The notes beneath the pieces are model-generated. The model did no database searches. It was not told the DNA's origin and saw only the letters and a list, made by a program, of their open reading frames with translations. 64,000 nucleotides of DNA from Eledone cirrhosa (lineage: Eukaryota): NCBI GenBank assembly GCA_964016885.1, contig OZ024755.1, positions 29,884,001 to 29,948,000 on the forward strand. The letters run 5' to 3'. Positions within the stretch are counted from its first letter, which is position 1. The number at the start of each line of letters is the position of its first letter. The position numbers were made by a program, and so were the translations under genes. This document shows, in pieces, positions 37,360 to 62,899 of this stretch.

Positions 37360-37930
37360 TGTCTGATCAACCAGGTCTCCTACGCTTTCGGCTCCCGCAG
37401 ACGAATGCTGCCCTTCCGCGAACCTCTTAAGCCAGGCACTCGTTTTGTGTGGACAGACCAACTGAACAGATTCTTTGAGAAGTCCAAATTCATCATCATC
37501 AGCGAGATCCAAAATGGGGTAGAGATCTTTGACAAAGACGGTATCGAATTCTGGTTGCTCCAAAAATATTGCCCATGCCCTTCCTCCAGGACCTTCTGCT
37601 GCAAGTCTGGCTGGAAGATCACCCTGGTCAAGAGCCGTTCCACTTCACGAGCAGAATCTCGCTACGCACCAGTGAAGGGCAAAGCGCTTGTAGTTGTGGA
37701 TGCACTGGATAAGGCGCGCCACTTTACCGCGGGGTGCTACGATCTCATCTTAGCAGTGGATCACAGGCCCTTCCTGAAAGTATTTGGTGACCACTGCCTT
37801 GACGACGTCACCAACCCTCGACTGCACAACATCAAATAAAAATCCTTGTGTTATAAGTTCAACATCAATCCACATGCCAGACGTTTGCCATGTTGTAGTT
37901 GATGCTATCTCACGCCACCCAGTGAGAGAG
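37360..37930 (+). pseudogene. Ty3/Gypsy LTR-retrotransposon RT-connection/RNase H fragment
   Basis: PFREPLKP..FVWT, SR....AESRYAPV, DHRPFLKVF, NPRL, DAISRHP; interrupted by a stop and a frameshift. Confidence 0.8.
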
Positions 37931-38672
37931 CCCACACCACTGGACCTTCCAGACGATGTTGCAACCATGACAAAGCTAACCGGACCACTCAACCCCCGTC
38001 CCCTCCGCCACACACTTCCCTCGCAGATATCTGCATGACCCAACAAGAAGTCACTCAGGTGTGCACATACAAAGATTCCCCCTTACCCACTACATAGGTG
38101 ATCCAATCCCAACTTAATGAAAACCTTACCAGGTGCAATATGAGATTTAGGGAAATTTCTGACCTTGACATGAATAGAATCTAATGGCGAATGAAGAACA
38201 CCTCCTACGGTTTAGGTTACCTATGGAAGCGAAAGGGGGTGTTGAAGAATAACATGCAATGTATCCTAAAACTTATGTATAATTATCTAGCATTGTAAAA
38301 TGATGTATAATCTTCAAAGCCAAAGATTTTCAAACGCAACTATATAGAAAATCGGGAATGTTGTTTTGCTAAAACCTAACTTCATAAATACGGAGTTGTG
38401 TAAACAAAATGTTGCTTCCTTGAGAAATTATTTCTGTCGACATATAGGGCATGCCGACGCAAACTATTACCCGTCTTGATATAATGATTACATCAAGAAG
38501 GATTTATCAAAACACATGGCCCCAAATTTGTACAGGAAAGACATAGATAATTGAATCTAACTTAGTAAATCACAGATAGATATATAATTTTATCGATTAT
38601 GAGATGAAAGATAAGTGGAAAAGTCAATAGTAACAGAATTTCAACATACAACAAAGTATGTAATAATATTAA

Positions 38673-38997
38673 TAATTGTTTCTACTTTTGGCACAAGGCC
38701 AGCAATTACCCAGTGCATTACTGGTACTTTATTTTATCGACCCCGTAAGGGTGAATGGCAAAGTTAACCTCGTCGGGATTTGAACTCAGAATGACAAGGG
38801 CCGTAACTCCATGCGTCAAAGCATGGCGTCCGACCCTCTACCAATACTGCCAATCCATTTCTACGATAGGTACAAGGTCAGCAATTTGATGGGAGGGGAA
38901 AGTCGATTAAATCGACCCCAGTGCATTACTAGTGCTATATTTTATCGACCCTGTAAGTATGAAATGCAAAGCCAACCTCGGCTGGATTTGAACTCAT
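38673..38997 (-). mobile_element. Two tandem SINE family 1 copies
   Basis: 38673-38857 and 38858-38997. Confidence 0.88.
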
Positions 38998-39520
38998 AAC
39001 AAAGTAGACTCCAAGGTAAATTGCGATGTTCTTCATCAGCAAAACGTAATACAAATAATTCAATTAGGATAATAAATGTTATGCTGTGAGGAAGACGACC
39101 CGCTTAAAGATATGTTAACTGGTTTGGAACGATAAATTAATTTGGATTAGTGAAAGAGGAGAGATGGAGTGGGTGTTGGAAGAATACGGAGGTAGCAAGT
39201 ATTCCACGCAAGGAGCTATAGACAAAGAGCAAATAATATAACAGGTGAACTGTAAGAGACACACGTATGTATGTATTAAGATTTGCCTAAGAGGGTGCGA
39301 TACGAATAGGAAATATGTGGTGGGGCAAGAGTAGCGTAAAATAAGAACACAATTATTTTTACCTAATATTGAGTAACTTTTCGAGGTTAGTTTCCTTTTA
39401 TTGAATAAAAATGAAACAGAGTCCAGCTTTATGAGCTGTTTTTTGTTGAATTTCTGACCGGCAAGTTCGGAATAATTGCAATGGCATGTATGCTTTTAGC
39501 ATTGTATTGCTCTAAATCCC

Positions 39521-39522
<2 letters not shown>

Positions 39523-39615
<93 letters not shown>

Positions 39616-39626
39616 GATATATATAT

Positions 39627-39699
<73 letters not shown>

Positions 39700-39732
39700 G
39701 ATATATATACATAGATATATATATATACATAG

Positions 39733-39763
<31 letters not shown>

Positions 39764-39864
39764 CATATATATATATACACATATATATATATACATAGAT
39801 ATATATATATATACATATATATATATACATAGATATATATATATATATACATATATATACATAG

Positions 39865-39895
<31 letters not shown>

Positions 39896-39896
39896 G

Positions 39897-39927
<31 letters not shown>

Positions 39928-39928
39928 G

Positions 39929-39983
<55 letters not shown>

Positions 39984-39984
39984 G

Positions 39985-40021
<37 letters not shown>

Positions 40022-40523
40022 CATAGATATATATATATATATAGATAGATATATATACATAGATATGTATATATATATATATACATAGATATATATATAT
40101 ATATATATATACATAGATATATATACATAGATATATATATATATACATAGATATAGTAATAATAATAAATTTGAAGACTAAAATCCAAAGAGGGCTCGAT
40201 AAGGATAAATATATATAAAATTTCAGAAGATCCCGTTAAGGGTGAAAGCAGCGATTCTTTGCTTAAACTTTAATCTGTTATTTTAATAAATATACATAGA
40301 TATATATATATATACATAGATATATATACATAGATATATATACATAGATATATATACATAGATATATATACATAGATATATATACATAGATATATATACA
40401 TAGATATATACATAGATATATATACATAGATATATATACATAGATATATATACATAGATATATATACATAGATATATACATAGATATATATACATAGATA
40501 TATACATAGATATATATACATAG
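39523..40523. repeat. (TA)n/TACATAGA microsatellite blocks with a short unique insert at 40155-40290
   Basis: Direct inspection. Confidence 0.95.
40221..40267 (+). ncRNA. Degenerate hammerhead motif (U4>A)
   Basis: ttt-CAGAAGA-tccc(gttaa)gggt-GAAA-gca(gcgattctt)tgc-TT-aaa. Confidence 0.5.
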
Positions 40524-40673
40524 ATCGACTCTCCATATTTCTTTTCAATGGCTGACAATACCTTACCGGCGCCACTCGAATAAGGTAGTTATTTAACCCA
40601 TAAATGGAGCCCTAACAGGTACTACCACCCCGGGCCAGGGCAGACCTGGGAGTCATGACAACTAAGGGGTAAC

Positions 40674-41426
40674 GACGACATAGTTTTGGTGACAAATACA
40701 GTGAAGGAGGCAGAGGATTTGATGCGGGAGGTTGAGACTGTGTCGATGAGTGTGGGGCTGAGAATGAATGAGACTAAAACAAAATATCTGGTAGAGAATG
40801 TTGAGAAGCCAGAGGGGATCACTAATGTAGGCGGGAAGCCGCTGGAATTGGTTGAGGACTTCCTGTATTTGGGAGCAAAGATTGAGAATACGGAAGATGA
40901 TGTGGTTGAGAGGAAGAGCAAGGCCTGGGCGGCGTGTCACAACTTGAGATCGGTGTGGAAGTCGGACCTTCGTAGAGACCTGAAAATCCGCCTCTTCATT
41001 GCTGTAGTGGAGTCTGTGCTGCTGTATGGGTCTGAGACTTGGTCACTGACCAAGAGACTCACTCAGATGGTGGATGGGTGCTACACGAGAATGCTGAGGA
41101 TGGCTCTGAACATTAATCAGTATACACTGAGGATGAAAAACTCAGAGCTGTATGGGAGCATCCCAAAAGTCAGCTCAAAAGTGACACAGAGGAGACTGAG
41201 GTTGGCTGGACATGCTCACCGACATCCAGAGATGACATTGCACTCAGTGCTCCTTTGGGAGCCCCTACATGGACACACTAGAAGAGGAAGACCAAGGTTA
41301 ACATATGTTGATGCCCTAAGGACAGACACTGGTCTGTTGGAGATGCAGGATATGGCAGCGATAATGAGGGACAGAGACCGCTGGAGAGAACTCGTCCATG
41401 GATCTCGGGAATTTTACCCGCCTTAG
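40674..41426 (+). mobile_element. 5'-truncated young RTE-clade LINE; open RT C-terminal reading frame
   Basis: [60 protein letters not shown]; ends in a (TAGA)n tail. Confidence 0.92.
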
Positions 41427-41500
41427 ATAGATAGATATATACATAGATATATATAAATAGATATATATACATATATATATACATAGATATATATACATAG

Positions 41501-41583
<83 letters not shown>

Positions 41584-41888
41584 GATATATACATAGATAT
41601 ATATACATAGATATATATACATAGATATATATACATAGATATATATACATAGATATATATACATAGATATATATACATAGATATATATACATAGATATAT
41701 ATACATAGATATATATACATAGATATATATACATAGATATATATACATATATATATATACATAAATATATATACATAGATATATATACATAGATATATAT
41801 ACATATATATATACATAGATATATATACATATATATATACATAGATATATATACATATATATATACATATATATATACATAGATATAT

Positions 41889-42467
41889 GCACAAGATATT
41901 AGCACAAGAACTCTCCCTCCCACAGTCCACAAAGGTCGTCAAATCCTACCCAAACCATCATCTACACCTCTCACAACACACACACCCACTCGAAACCCCA
42001 TCATTTGCCGCTACTCTCTACGCTATAGAATATGTACGGATAGTGGCTGCAAATTCACCCATTTACCTAGGACAAAACGATCTATCCCCACAAACAGCCA
42101 CCACCATAATACATACTCTAATTTAACACCAACACAACCACCAATAACTCAAACAAGGAATCCACAAATCTGCCGTTTTTCCCTGCGAGACAGATTGTGT
42201 TTAGACCGGGATTGTCCCTTTACCCATCTCCCGGGGACCCGTCGGACAAATGAAAATAAAATTAAAAATAAAAGCAAAAACAAAAACCATAACCTACATA
42301 AAAATAACCACTACCACAGTCACCAACAGTCTTCTAAACAGGAAACTTCTTCCTCTTTTTTAGCCATAATGAATCTGGCAAAAGAACTGGAAAAAAACAT
42401 TCGAGCTATCACCCAGCACCACCCTCCACTATCACCCCACTGCACAAACTCCCATTGCTGCCATTAA
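41889..42467 (+). CDS. 5'-truncated LINE ORF1 with two CCCH zinc fingers
   Basis: The frame is open from 41889 and contains [22 protein letters not shown] (42003) and [22 protein letters not shown] (42168), both C-x8-C-x4-C-x3-H. Confidence 0.75.
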   Translation, partial: AQDISTRTLPPTVHKGRQILPKPSSTPLTTHTPTRNPIICRYSLRYRICTDSGCKFTHLPRTKRSIPTNSHHHNTYSNLTPTQPPITQTRNPQICRFSLRDRLCLDRDCPFTHLPGTRRTNENKIKNKSKNKNHNLHKNNHYHSHQQSSKQETSSSFLAIMNLAKELEKNIRAITQHHPPLSPHCTNSHCCH

Positions 42468-45442
42468 CAAACAAACAAATTAACAACACACCAAAACAAT
42501 TAAAACCATCCACTCTCGCCTCTACATTTTTGCTTAACGCCCAAGGCATCAGCCCTTCCACCAATACTCAAAAATGGAAGATCAAATTCCTGGAGGACTG
42601 GATTGATGTCCATCCAAACCACATCCCTTTCTTCGTCCTCACTGAAACCCATCTCAGTAACCTCCACTTGGAAGCCGAGGTGAAAGTGAAAAATTTCAAA
42701 GCCATCCATGCTGATCGCGCTGGCAGAAGAAAGGGCGGAACTGCCATTTATGTCCATAATTCTTTCTCAACAGAGGCTATGAACATATTCACTAATGGAT
42801 ACTGTGAAGCAATCACTGTATTCAGTCAAACCAACAACCTATTAGTAGTTGGGCTCTATAGGCCACCCCAAACGCCTGTACCATGCTTCAAGGAATGCCT
42901 CAACAGCATAAAGTGTTTCATCCAAGAGTGTCACCCTGACAACATCTTAATGATGGGGGACTTCAACCTCCCCGGAGTTGACTGGTCCACAAACAGCCTG
43001 CCACCAGGTTCTTCTGCCTCAACCTCTGACAGGGAAGCTGTGGAATCGCTTCTTGACTTCATGGATGATTTCTTCCTATCCCAACTGCTGCTCGAACCAA
43101 CGAGGTGCCACAAAAACGTCCTAGACTTAATTTTCAGCAATCACACTGACAATATCCACAATATTGCAGTGGAGAAAACTCTACTCTCTGATCATGACAT
43201 GGTTCTCTGTGATCTGAGATTCCACCGTCCAATATACAAACCCAATGTCATCTCTCCTGTCCATCCGTTTGACGCTATGGATTTCCACAATGCAAACTGG
43301 GAAGCAATCAGTCATGATCTTGCACATGTCGACTGGTCCTTCACGCACACTCATACACCCACTAACATCAAAAAGTCCTGGCAGACATTTGTGGACACTG
43401 TTACAAACATATGTGCTAAACACACCCCATTAAGAACTATAAACAAATCTAAGAGCAGAATCCCCAGAAATAGAAAAACGCTCATCAGAAAAATTAAGAG
43501 AACGAACAAAAAAATCAACAAGCTGAAATACTGTCAGCAGCAACACATCAACTTGACTGCCATTTCATCACTAGAGATTAAAAAACATAACCTCCAAAAC
43601 AACATAATGTCCCTCATCAACAATCAGAGAAGAGCTGAAGAGGCCTGGGCCATTGAGAAGATCAAACTCAATCCCAAAGTGTTCTTTTCATTTGCAAAAA
43701 AACACAAAATCACTGGCTCTACTGTTGGCCCTCTAATTGATGAAAATGGCACTCTTCAAGACAATGCTAAAACCATGGGTGAGATACTGCAGAAACAATA
43801 CTGCTCTGTTTTCAGCAATCCTGATATGGCCGATCTGGGCTGTATCGGCGATGTTACTCCCCATTACACCTTATCGGACATAACGTTTGGCGCCCCTGAT
43901 GTCTTGGCGGCAATAAAGGAAATCAAGCATAATTCAGCAGTAGGTCCCGATAGGTTCCCTGCTTGTGTCTTGAAGGCGTGTCAACACCAACTTGCATCTC
44001 CTCTTGCCAATCTGTAGCGGAACTCACTGGATGCTGGATATGTGCCAGAAAACCTTCTATCCCAGTCTGTTGTCCCAGTTTTCAAAAAGGGAAACAAATC
44101 CCTTGCCGTGAATTACCGTCCAATCTCACTCACCTCTCATATCATTAAGGTATTTGAGAGAGTGGTGAGATCGCGAATGACCCACTTCCTTGAGAGTAAC
44201 AATATGCTGAACTCCAACCAGCATGGATTCTGTAACTTTGATGACATTTTGAGAGCCTTGGGAGAGGGTTCCAACACTGATGTTATCTACCTTGATTTCA
44301 GCAAGGCCTTTGACAGGGTTGATCATAACATTCTACTGAGAAAGCTGTCCAATATTGGTGTCACTGGAAAGCTGCTGCAGTGGATCAAGAGCTTCCTGTC
44401 AAACAGAACCCAACATGTTGTAGTTGAGGGAGTCAAATCCAGCCCAGCCAAAGTCAGTAGTGGGGTCCCACAGGGCACTGTGTTGGGCCCACTTCTCTTC
44501 ATCATCTATATTAATGACATCACTGACATCATCAAACACAGCAACATTAAAATTTTCGCTGATGATTCCAAGCTCCAAAAGGTCATCAATGGCGTGGATG
44601 ACCGGATAAGCCTTCAGTCAGACCTACTGGCTGTTACCCAATGGGCGGAAAAGAACAACATGTTACTGAACGAAGACAAATTCGAACTGATCCACTTTGG
44701 AAAAGAGGATGCTCTGAAACTCCCGTACTCCCTTCCCTCCGGGGAAACTCTCGTGGCATCTAACAACATCAGAGACTTGGGAGTAACCGTGGACAGCAAC
44801 ATAAGCTGGACCACGCATATAAGCAGCAAAGTTGACATGGCCCGCAGAATGTGTTCCTGGATCCTCAGAACCTTCCAGTCGAGGGATTCCCGCACCATTA
44901 TCCTTCTCTTCTCTACTTTTGCCCGACCACACCTTGAATACTGTTGTCCACTGTGGTCTCCCCACACGAAACAAAGTATCATGAAACTTGAAGCTCCTCA
45001 AAGGGCAATCACGAAAAAGATAGATGGCATGTCAGACCTTGACTACTGGGGTCGATTAGAAAACCTGAAACTTTACTCACTCCAACGTCGCCGTGAGCGT
45101 TATATTATCTGCATGATGTGGAAAATGTTCCATCATCACTGCCCAAATGATGTTGGCATCACCTTCAAGATACACCCAAGGCTTGGGCCCCGTGCTATCC
45201 GTCCCATTCAAAAATCTAAATCGCAACTCATAACAACAATACGGCACAATTATTTCACCTCAATCGGCCCTGCTCTCTTCAACATCACACCAGGACACGT
45301 CAAAACAGAAACTGACTACACAAAATTCAAGAAGTCTTTGGACAAATTCCTCCAAGTAATCCCGGACAAACCACCCACACCCGGATATGTCTCTGCAAAC
45401 AGTAATTCTCTTCTCGAATGGGCCATGGTGCCCAAATCCTGA
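42455..45442 (+). pseudogene. CR1/L2-group LINE ORF2 (APE endonuclease + RT) with one in-frame TAG and a short RT deletion
   Basis: NAQG, LTETHL, LYRPP, MGDFN, LDLIF, SDH; NYRPISLTS, YLDFSKAFD, GVPQGTVLGP, FADD, RDLGV, RPHLEYCCPLWSP, LYSLQRRRER. ORFs 42455-44017 and 44042-45442 share a frame. Confidence 0.95.
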
Positions 45443-45528
45443 ATTGAAAGACTTCGCCAGGTGGTGCTATTAAGTTAGACATGGCCTGGGCCAATACTGG
45501 CCAAAACATTTCAAAGTTATTCAAAGTT
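45443..45528 (+). mobile_element. LINE 3' UTR with a ttcaaagtta tandem tail
   Basis: ttcaaagtta-ttcaaagtta, identical at the second copy (48415-48434). Confidence 0.8.
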
Positions 45529-45649
45529 ATATACATATATATATAGATATATATACATAGATATATATACATATATACATAGATATATTATACATATATA
45601 TATAGATATATATACATATATATATACATATATATACATATATATATAC

Positions 45650-45682
<33 letters not shown>

Positions 45683-45705
45683 CATATATATACATATATA
45701 TATAC

Positions 45706-45788
<83 letters not shown>

Positions 45789-45803
45789 CATATATATATA
45801 TAC

Positions 45804-45834
<31 letters not shown>

Positions 45835-46232
45835 CATATATATACATATATATACATATATATATACATATATATATATATATACATATATATATACATA
45901 TATATATATATATACATATATATATACATATATACATATATATATACATATAATATATATACATATATATACATATATATATACATATATATATATACAT
46001 ATATATACATATATACATATATATATACATATATATACATATATACATATATATATACATATATATACATATATATATATATACATATATACATATATAT
46101 ATATGTACATATATACATATATATATACATATATATACATATACATATATATACATATACATATATACATATACATATATACATATATATACATATACAT
46201 ATATATACATATACATATATACATATATATAC

Positions 46233-46263
<31 letters not shown>

Positions 46264-46398
46264 CATATATATATACATATATATATATATACATATATAC
46301 ATATATATACATATATACATATATATACATATATATATATACATATATACATATATATATATATACATATATACATATATATATATATACATATATAC

Positions 46399-46445
<47 letters not shown>

Positions 46446-46508
46446 CATATATATACATATATACATATATACATATATTATATATACATATATATATAAT
46501 ATATATAC

Positions 46509-46575
<67 letters not shown>

Positions 46576-46587
46576 TATATATATATA

Positions 46588-46681
<94 letters not shown>

Positions 46682-46696
46682 GTATATATATATATG

Positions 46697-46743
<47 letters not shown>

Positions 46744-46758
46744 GTATATATATATATG

Positions 46759-46797
<39 letters not shown>

Positions 46798-46892
46798 GTA
46801 TATATATATATGTATATATATATATGTATATATATATATCATATATATATATATATATATATACATATATATATGTATATATATATATGTAC

Positions 46893-46923
<31 letters not shown>

Positions 46924-47572
46924 GTATATATATATATGTATATATATATAAATATATATATATATCATATATACATATATATATATATACATATATATAT
47001 ACATATATATATATACATATATATATATACATATATATATATATACATATATATATATACATATATATATATATACATATATATATATACATACATATAT
47101 ATATACATATATATATACATATATAATATACATATATATATACATATATACATATAATATATACATATATATATACTTACATATATATATATACATATAT
47201 ATATATACATATATATATATACATATATATATACATATACATATACATATATACATATACATATATACATATATACATATATATATATACATATATATAT
47301 ATACATATATATATACATATATATATATACATATATATATATACATATATATATATACATATATATATATACATTATATATATACATATATATATATACA
47401 TATATATATACATATATACATATACATATATACATATATATATATACATATATATATATACATATATATATACATATATACATATAAATATATACATATA
47501 TATATATAACTATATATATATACATATATACATATATATAGTATACATATATACATATATACATATATATAT
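45529..47572. repeat. Degenerate (TA)n/TACA array
   Basis: Direct inspection. Confidence 0.97.
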
Positions 47573-47772
47573 NNNNNNNNNNNNNNNNNNNNNNNNNNNN
47601 NNNNNNNNNNNNNNNNNNNNNNNNNNNNNNNNNNNNNNNNNNNNNNNNNNNNNNNNNNNNNNNNNNNNNNNNNNNNNNNNNNNNNNNNNNNNNNNNNNNN
47701 NNNNNNNNNNNNNNNNNNNNNNNNNNNNNNNNNNNNNNNNNNNNNNNNNNNNNNNNNNNNNNNNNNNNNNNN
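47573..47772. other. Assembly gap (200 N)
   Basis: Run of n. Confidence 0.99.
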
Positions 47773-48435
47773 CAGAACCTTCCAGTCGAGAGATTCCCGC
47801 ACCATTATCCTTCTCTTCTCTACTTTCGCCCGACCACACCTTGAATACTGTTGTCCACTGTGGTCTCCCCACACGAAACAAAGTATCATGAAACTTGAAG
47901 CTCCTCAAAGGGCAATCACGAAAAAGATAGATGGCATGTCAGACCTTGACTACTGGGGTCGATTGGAAAACCTGAAACTTTACTCACTCCAACGTCGCCG
48001 TGAGCGTTATATTATCTGCATGATGTGGAAAATGTTCCATCATCACTGCCCAAATGATGTTGGCATCGCCTTCAAGATACACCCAAGGCTTGGGCCCCGT
48101 GCTATCCGTCCCATTCAAAAATCTAAATCGCAACTCATAACAACAATACGGCACAATATTTCACCTCAATCGGCCCTGCTCTCTTCAACATCACACCAGG
48201 ACACGTCAAAACAGAAACTGACCACACAAAATTCAAGAAGTCTTTGGACAAATTCCTCCAAGTAATCCCGGACAAACCACCCACACCCGGATATGTCTCC
48301 GCAAACAGTAATTCTCTTCTCGAATGGGCCATGGTGCCCAAATCCTGAATTGAAAGACTTCGCCAGGTGGTGCTATTAAGTTAGACATGGCCTGGGCCAA
48401 TACTGGCCAAAACATTTCAAAGTTATTCAAAGTTA
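47773..48435 (+). mobile_element. Second copy of the CR1/L2-group LINE 3' end, abutting the gap
   Basis: Matches 44865-45528 with about six substitutions and a 1-bp deletion. Confidence 0.95.
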
Positions 48436-60080
<11,645 letters not shown>

Positions 60081-60169
60081 TGTTGAAAAGGTAACACACC
60101 AGAAAGAGATATATAGTGCGTTATCAATAATACAGAGAATAGCGAGGGCCTATGCCTCCGTTAATTTAT

Positions 60170-60221
<52 letters not shown>

Positions 60222-61388
60222 ATACTTGGGGAGGGTCATATTGTTGTAATAATATTGCCAGAAATGATAACAGAGCACACTCACTGTTTGATTGGTTTTC
60301 GCTTCTGCATCTTTATATCTCCTTAGTTAATTCATTTGGCCAACAATGTTTATCACTGACTGACCAACGGTCAAAAATACAGATATGATATAGATATAAA
60401 CACATATATATAGTCTAACAAAGTTCTTTCGTTGCACATCTGCAACATCATCACTGGTACTATTATCATGTTTCGTCTGCTGTATTGTATGTATTTTTAT
60501 TTTATCTATTTATTTTTGTCTCTGTCTTCGCGTTTGGGTGTATGTGTTTTGCTTATTGTATAAAGGATGATACAATGAAAGATTTATTCTTTTAATGTTA
60601 CAATATGAAAGAAAATGTAAAGTTAATGGTGAACAACGGAGCCCAACACCAGAGCAAAACACAGCAACGTCGCGAGCACTGGGCAACCTCACCTGTCATC
60701 TTAGTTTATTAGTGTGTGTTTATAGGTGTTTGTTGTTATTGTGCTTGTGTATATATTTATACAATATGCAGAAGTTGGTATAGCACCCAGTCCGAAAGAG
60801 AAGTTGTATTATCCAAAATTAGGTTTAATTCTTATTTTCATCTGTCAAGTAGGTACTTTTTCTCGTGGAATTATTTCCATAACTCGTCAATCCGCCATCT
60901 TTGAAACGTACTGAATGTTGACGGCATTTACCCTCTACAGGAGAGTTCTTGTGGAAAGGGAGATAATGTGTGGTGGTGGGTTAACTCACAAGCTCGTGTC
61001 AACTACGCAGTAGTAATTTAGTATTGGGGAAAATATATATATATATATATATATATATACGATATTAAATTTATATATATATATATATATATAAATAAAT
61101 ACAATATCGGAGAAAGCTTTTTAGCGATACTCCGGCCAAATTCCAACTCACTCAACAAACATTAGGAAATAAGTGATTATATTCCCAATTACGTGTTCGG
61201 GGTGCTAACTAAAAGTATTGCGTGGAAAATTGGCTGTATTATTTCAAATGAGACATATCTAATATATCTATATCTATAAATCGGAATGAAACGCCAGGTG
61301 CGTGTGTTTCTTATTGGCAACATGACCCTCCCAAAGTATAACAATATATAAGTATAACTAACTAGGCAGTAGTAATTTAGTGTTGGGG

Positions 61389-61438
<50 letters not shown>

Positions 61439-61561
61439 GGAAGTGAGTTTTATTGTAGTACAATAAAGCAATGCAGATATCGGATAAGAAGCACTCTACA
61501 GTTTGTAGGACTGGAGTATACATAATATATAAGAACAAAAGATGGTTAAAGGAGTTCCATG

Positions 61562-61632
61562 TATTTTATTATGCGCATTTCAAAAACAAATATCATCATG
61601 CAATAATATTTGTGTTTTCATCAGATAAAACA
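61562..61632 (-). ncRNA. Type I minimal hammerhead motif (family G, left arm of palindrome 61527-61885)
   Basis: Reverse complement: tgttttat-CTGATGA-aaacacaaatat..atatttgttttt-GAAA-tgcgca-TA-ataaaata. Confidence 0.85.
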
Positions 61633-61689
61633 GGAGGATATGATATGAAGGCTAAAAAACACTTGTGGATAGTTCAGTTTTAAATCAAC

Positions 61690-61721
<32 letters not shown>

Positions 61722-61779
61722 TGTTGATTTAGAACTGCACTATCCACAAGTGTTTTTTAGCCTTCATATCATATCCTCC

Positions 61780-61850
61780 TGTTTTATCTGACGAAAACAC
61801 AAATATTATTGCATGATGATATTTGTTTTTGAAATGCGCATAATAAAATA
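61780..61850 (+). ncRNA. Type I minimal hammerhead motif (family G, right arm)
   Basis: tgttttat-CTGACGA-aaacacaaatat..atatttgttttt-GAAA-tgcgca-TA-ataaaata. Confidence 0.85.
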
Positions 61851-62227
61851 CATGGAACTCCTTTAACCATCTTTTGTTCTTATATATATATATATATATA
61901 TATATATAACGAAGGAAATGTGGTAAGGAACCTGGTGGACCATAGCACCAAAGTACTCAATACTTAGGGTAGTAGAGTGGGTAATATAGAGTATATATAT
62001 ATATCTTTATATATATATTTTTTCCCCAACACTAAATTACTACTGCCTAGTTAGTTATACTTATATATTGTTATACTTTGGGAGGGTCATGTTGCCAATA
62101 AGAAACACACGCACCTGTCGCTTTCATTCCAATTTATTATAAATTAAATTATAAATTTTAAAATTTGTTTATAAATTTCCGGTTTGTTGGTTGGTTCATT
62201 CCACATCCGGACGGTTATTCATATATT

Positions 62228-62270
62228 GTCAAAGTTCTTTCGTCACACATTCTGTGACCTCATCAGTGAC
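62228..62270 (-). ncRNA. Minimal hammerhead motif (family D')
   Basis: Reverse complement: gtca-CTGATGA-g-gtcaca(gaatg)tgtgac-GAAA-gaac-TT-tgac; perfect stems I and II. Confidence 0.8.
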
Positions 62271-62322
62271 CGGGGATTCTTTTCTTTGTTTTGTGCCTCT
62301 CCTTTGTTCTGTCCTACGCCAT

Positions 62323-62397
<75 letters not shown>

Positions 62398-62430
62398 CAT
62401 TATATATATATATTTATATTTCATTATATA

Positions 62431-62495
62431 TATTTCATTATACATATTTCAAGGACACCAAGTTAAATTATGGTGTGCTTTCATCAGACAAAATA
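62431..62495 (-). ncRNA. Type I minimal hammerhead motif (family B, left arm)
   Basis: Reverse complement: tattttgt-CTGATGA-aagcacacca..tggtgtcctt-GAAA-tatgta-TA-atgaaata. Confidence 0.8.
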
Positions 62496-62632
62496 TAATA
62501 TAGATCAGTTTTATAAATAAATATTGACATACCCTTTAAAAATGCAACCATTACTGTTGGAAGCTCCCGGATAGTAATGGTTGCATTTTTTAAGGGTATG
62601 TCAATATTTATTTATAAAACTGATCTATATTA

Positions 62633-62697
62633 TATTTTGTCTGATGAAAGCACACCATAATTTAACTTGGTGTCCTTGAAATATGTATAATGAAATA
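62633..62697 (+). ncRNA. Type I minimal hammerhead motif (family B, right arm)
   Basis: Exact inverted copy of 62431-62495. Confidence 0.8.
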
Positions 62698-62899
62698 AAT
62701 GTGGTTTTATAAATATAGTTTCCATTTGTTAATATCGTATTTTTACTCCAAATATTTGTTGAGTGCTTTATATCAGTTATAAAAATATTTGCTTTTTGTA
62801 TCCCAACAATTTAAATAGAACTTTTACATATATATATATATATATATATTAGAAATGAGTCAGATGTGAGAAAAACCACAGACCCTCCATCTCAACTCA

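Noticed and set aside
39010-39050. CTGATGA on the minus strand resembling family B
   Set aside because: It is truncated before GAAA by the adjacent SINE, so it was not counted as a ribozyme.
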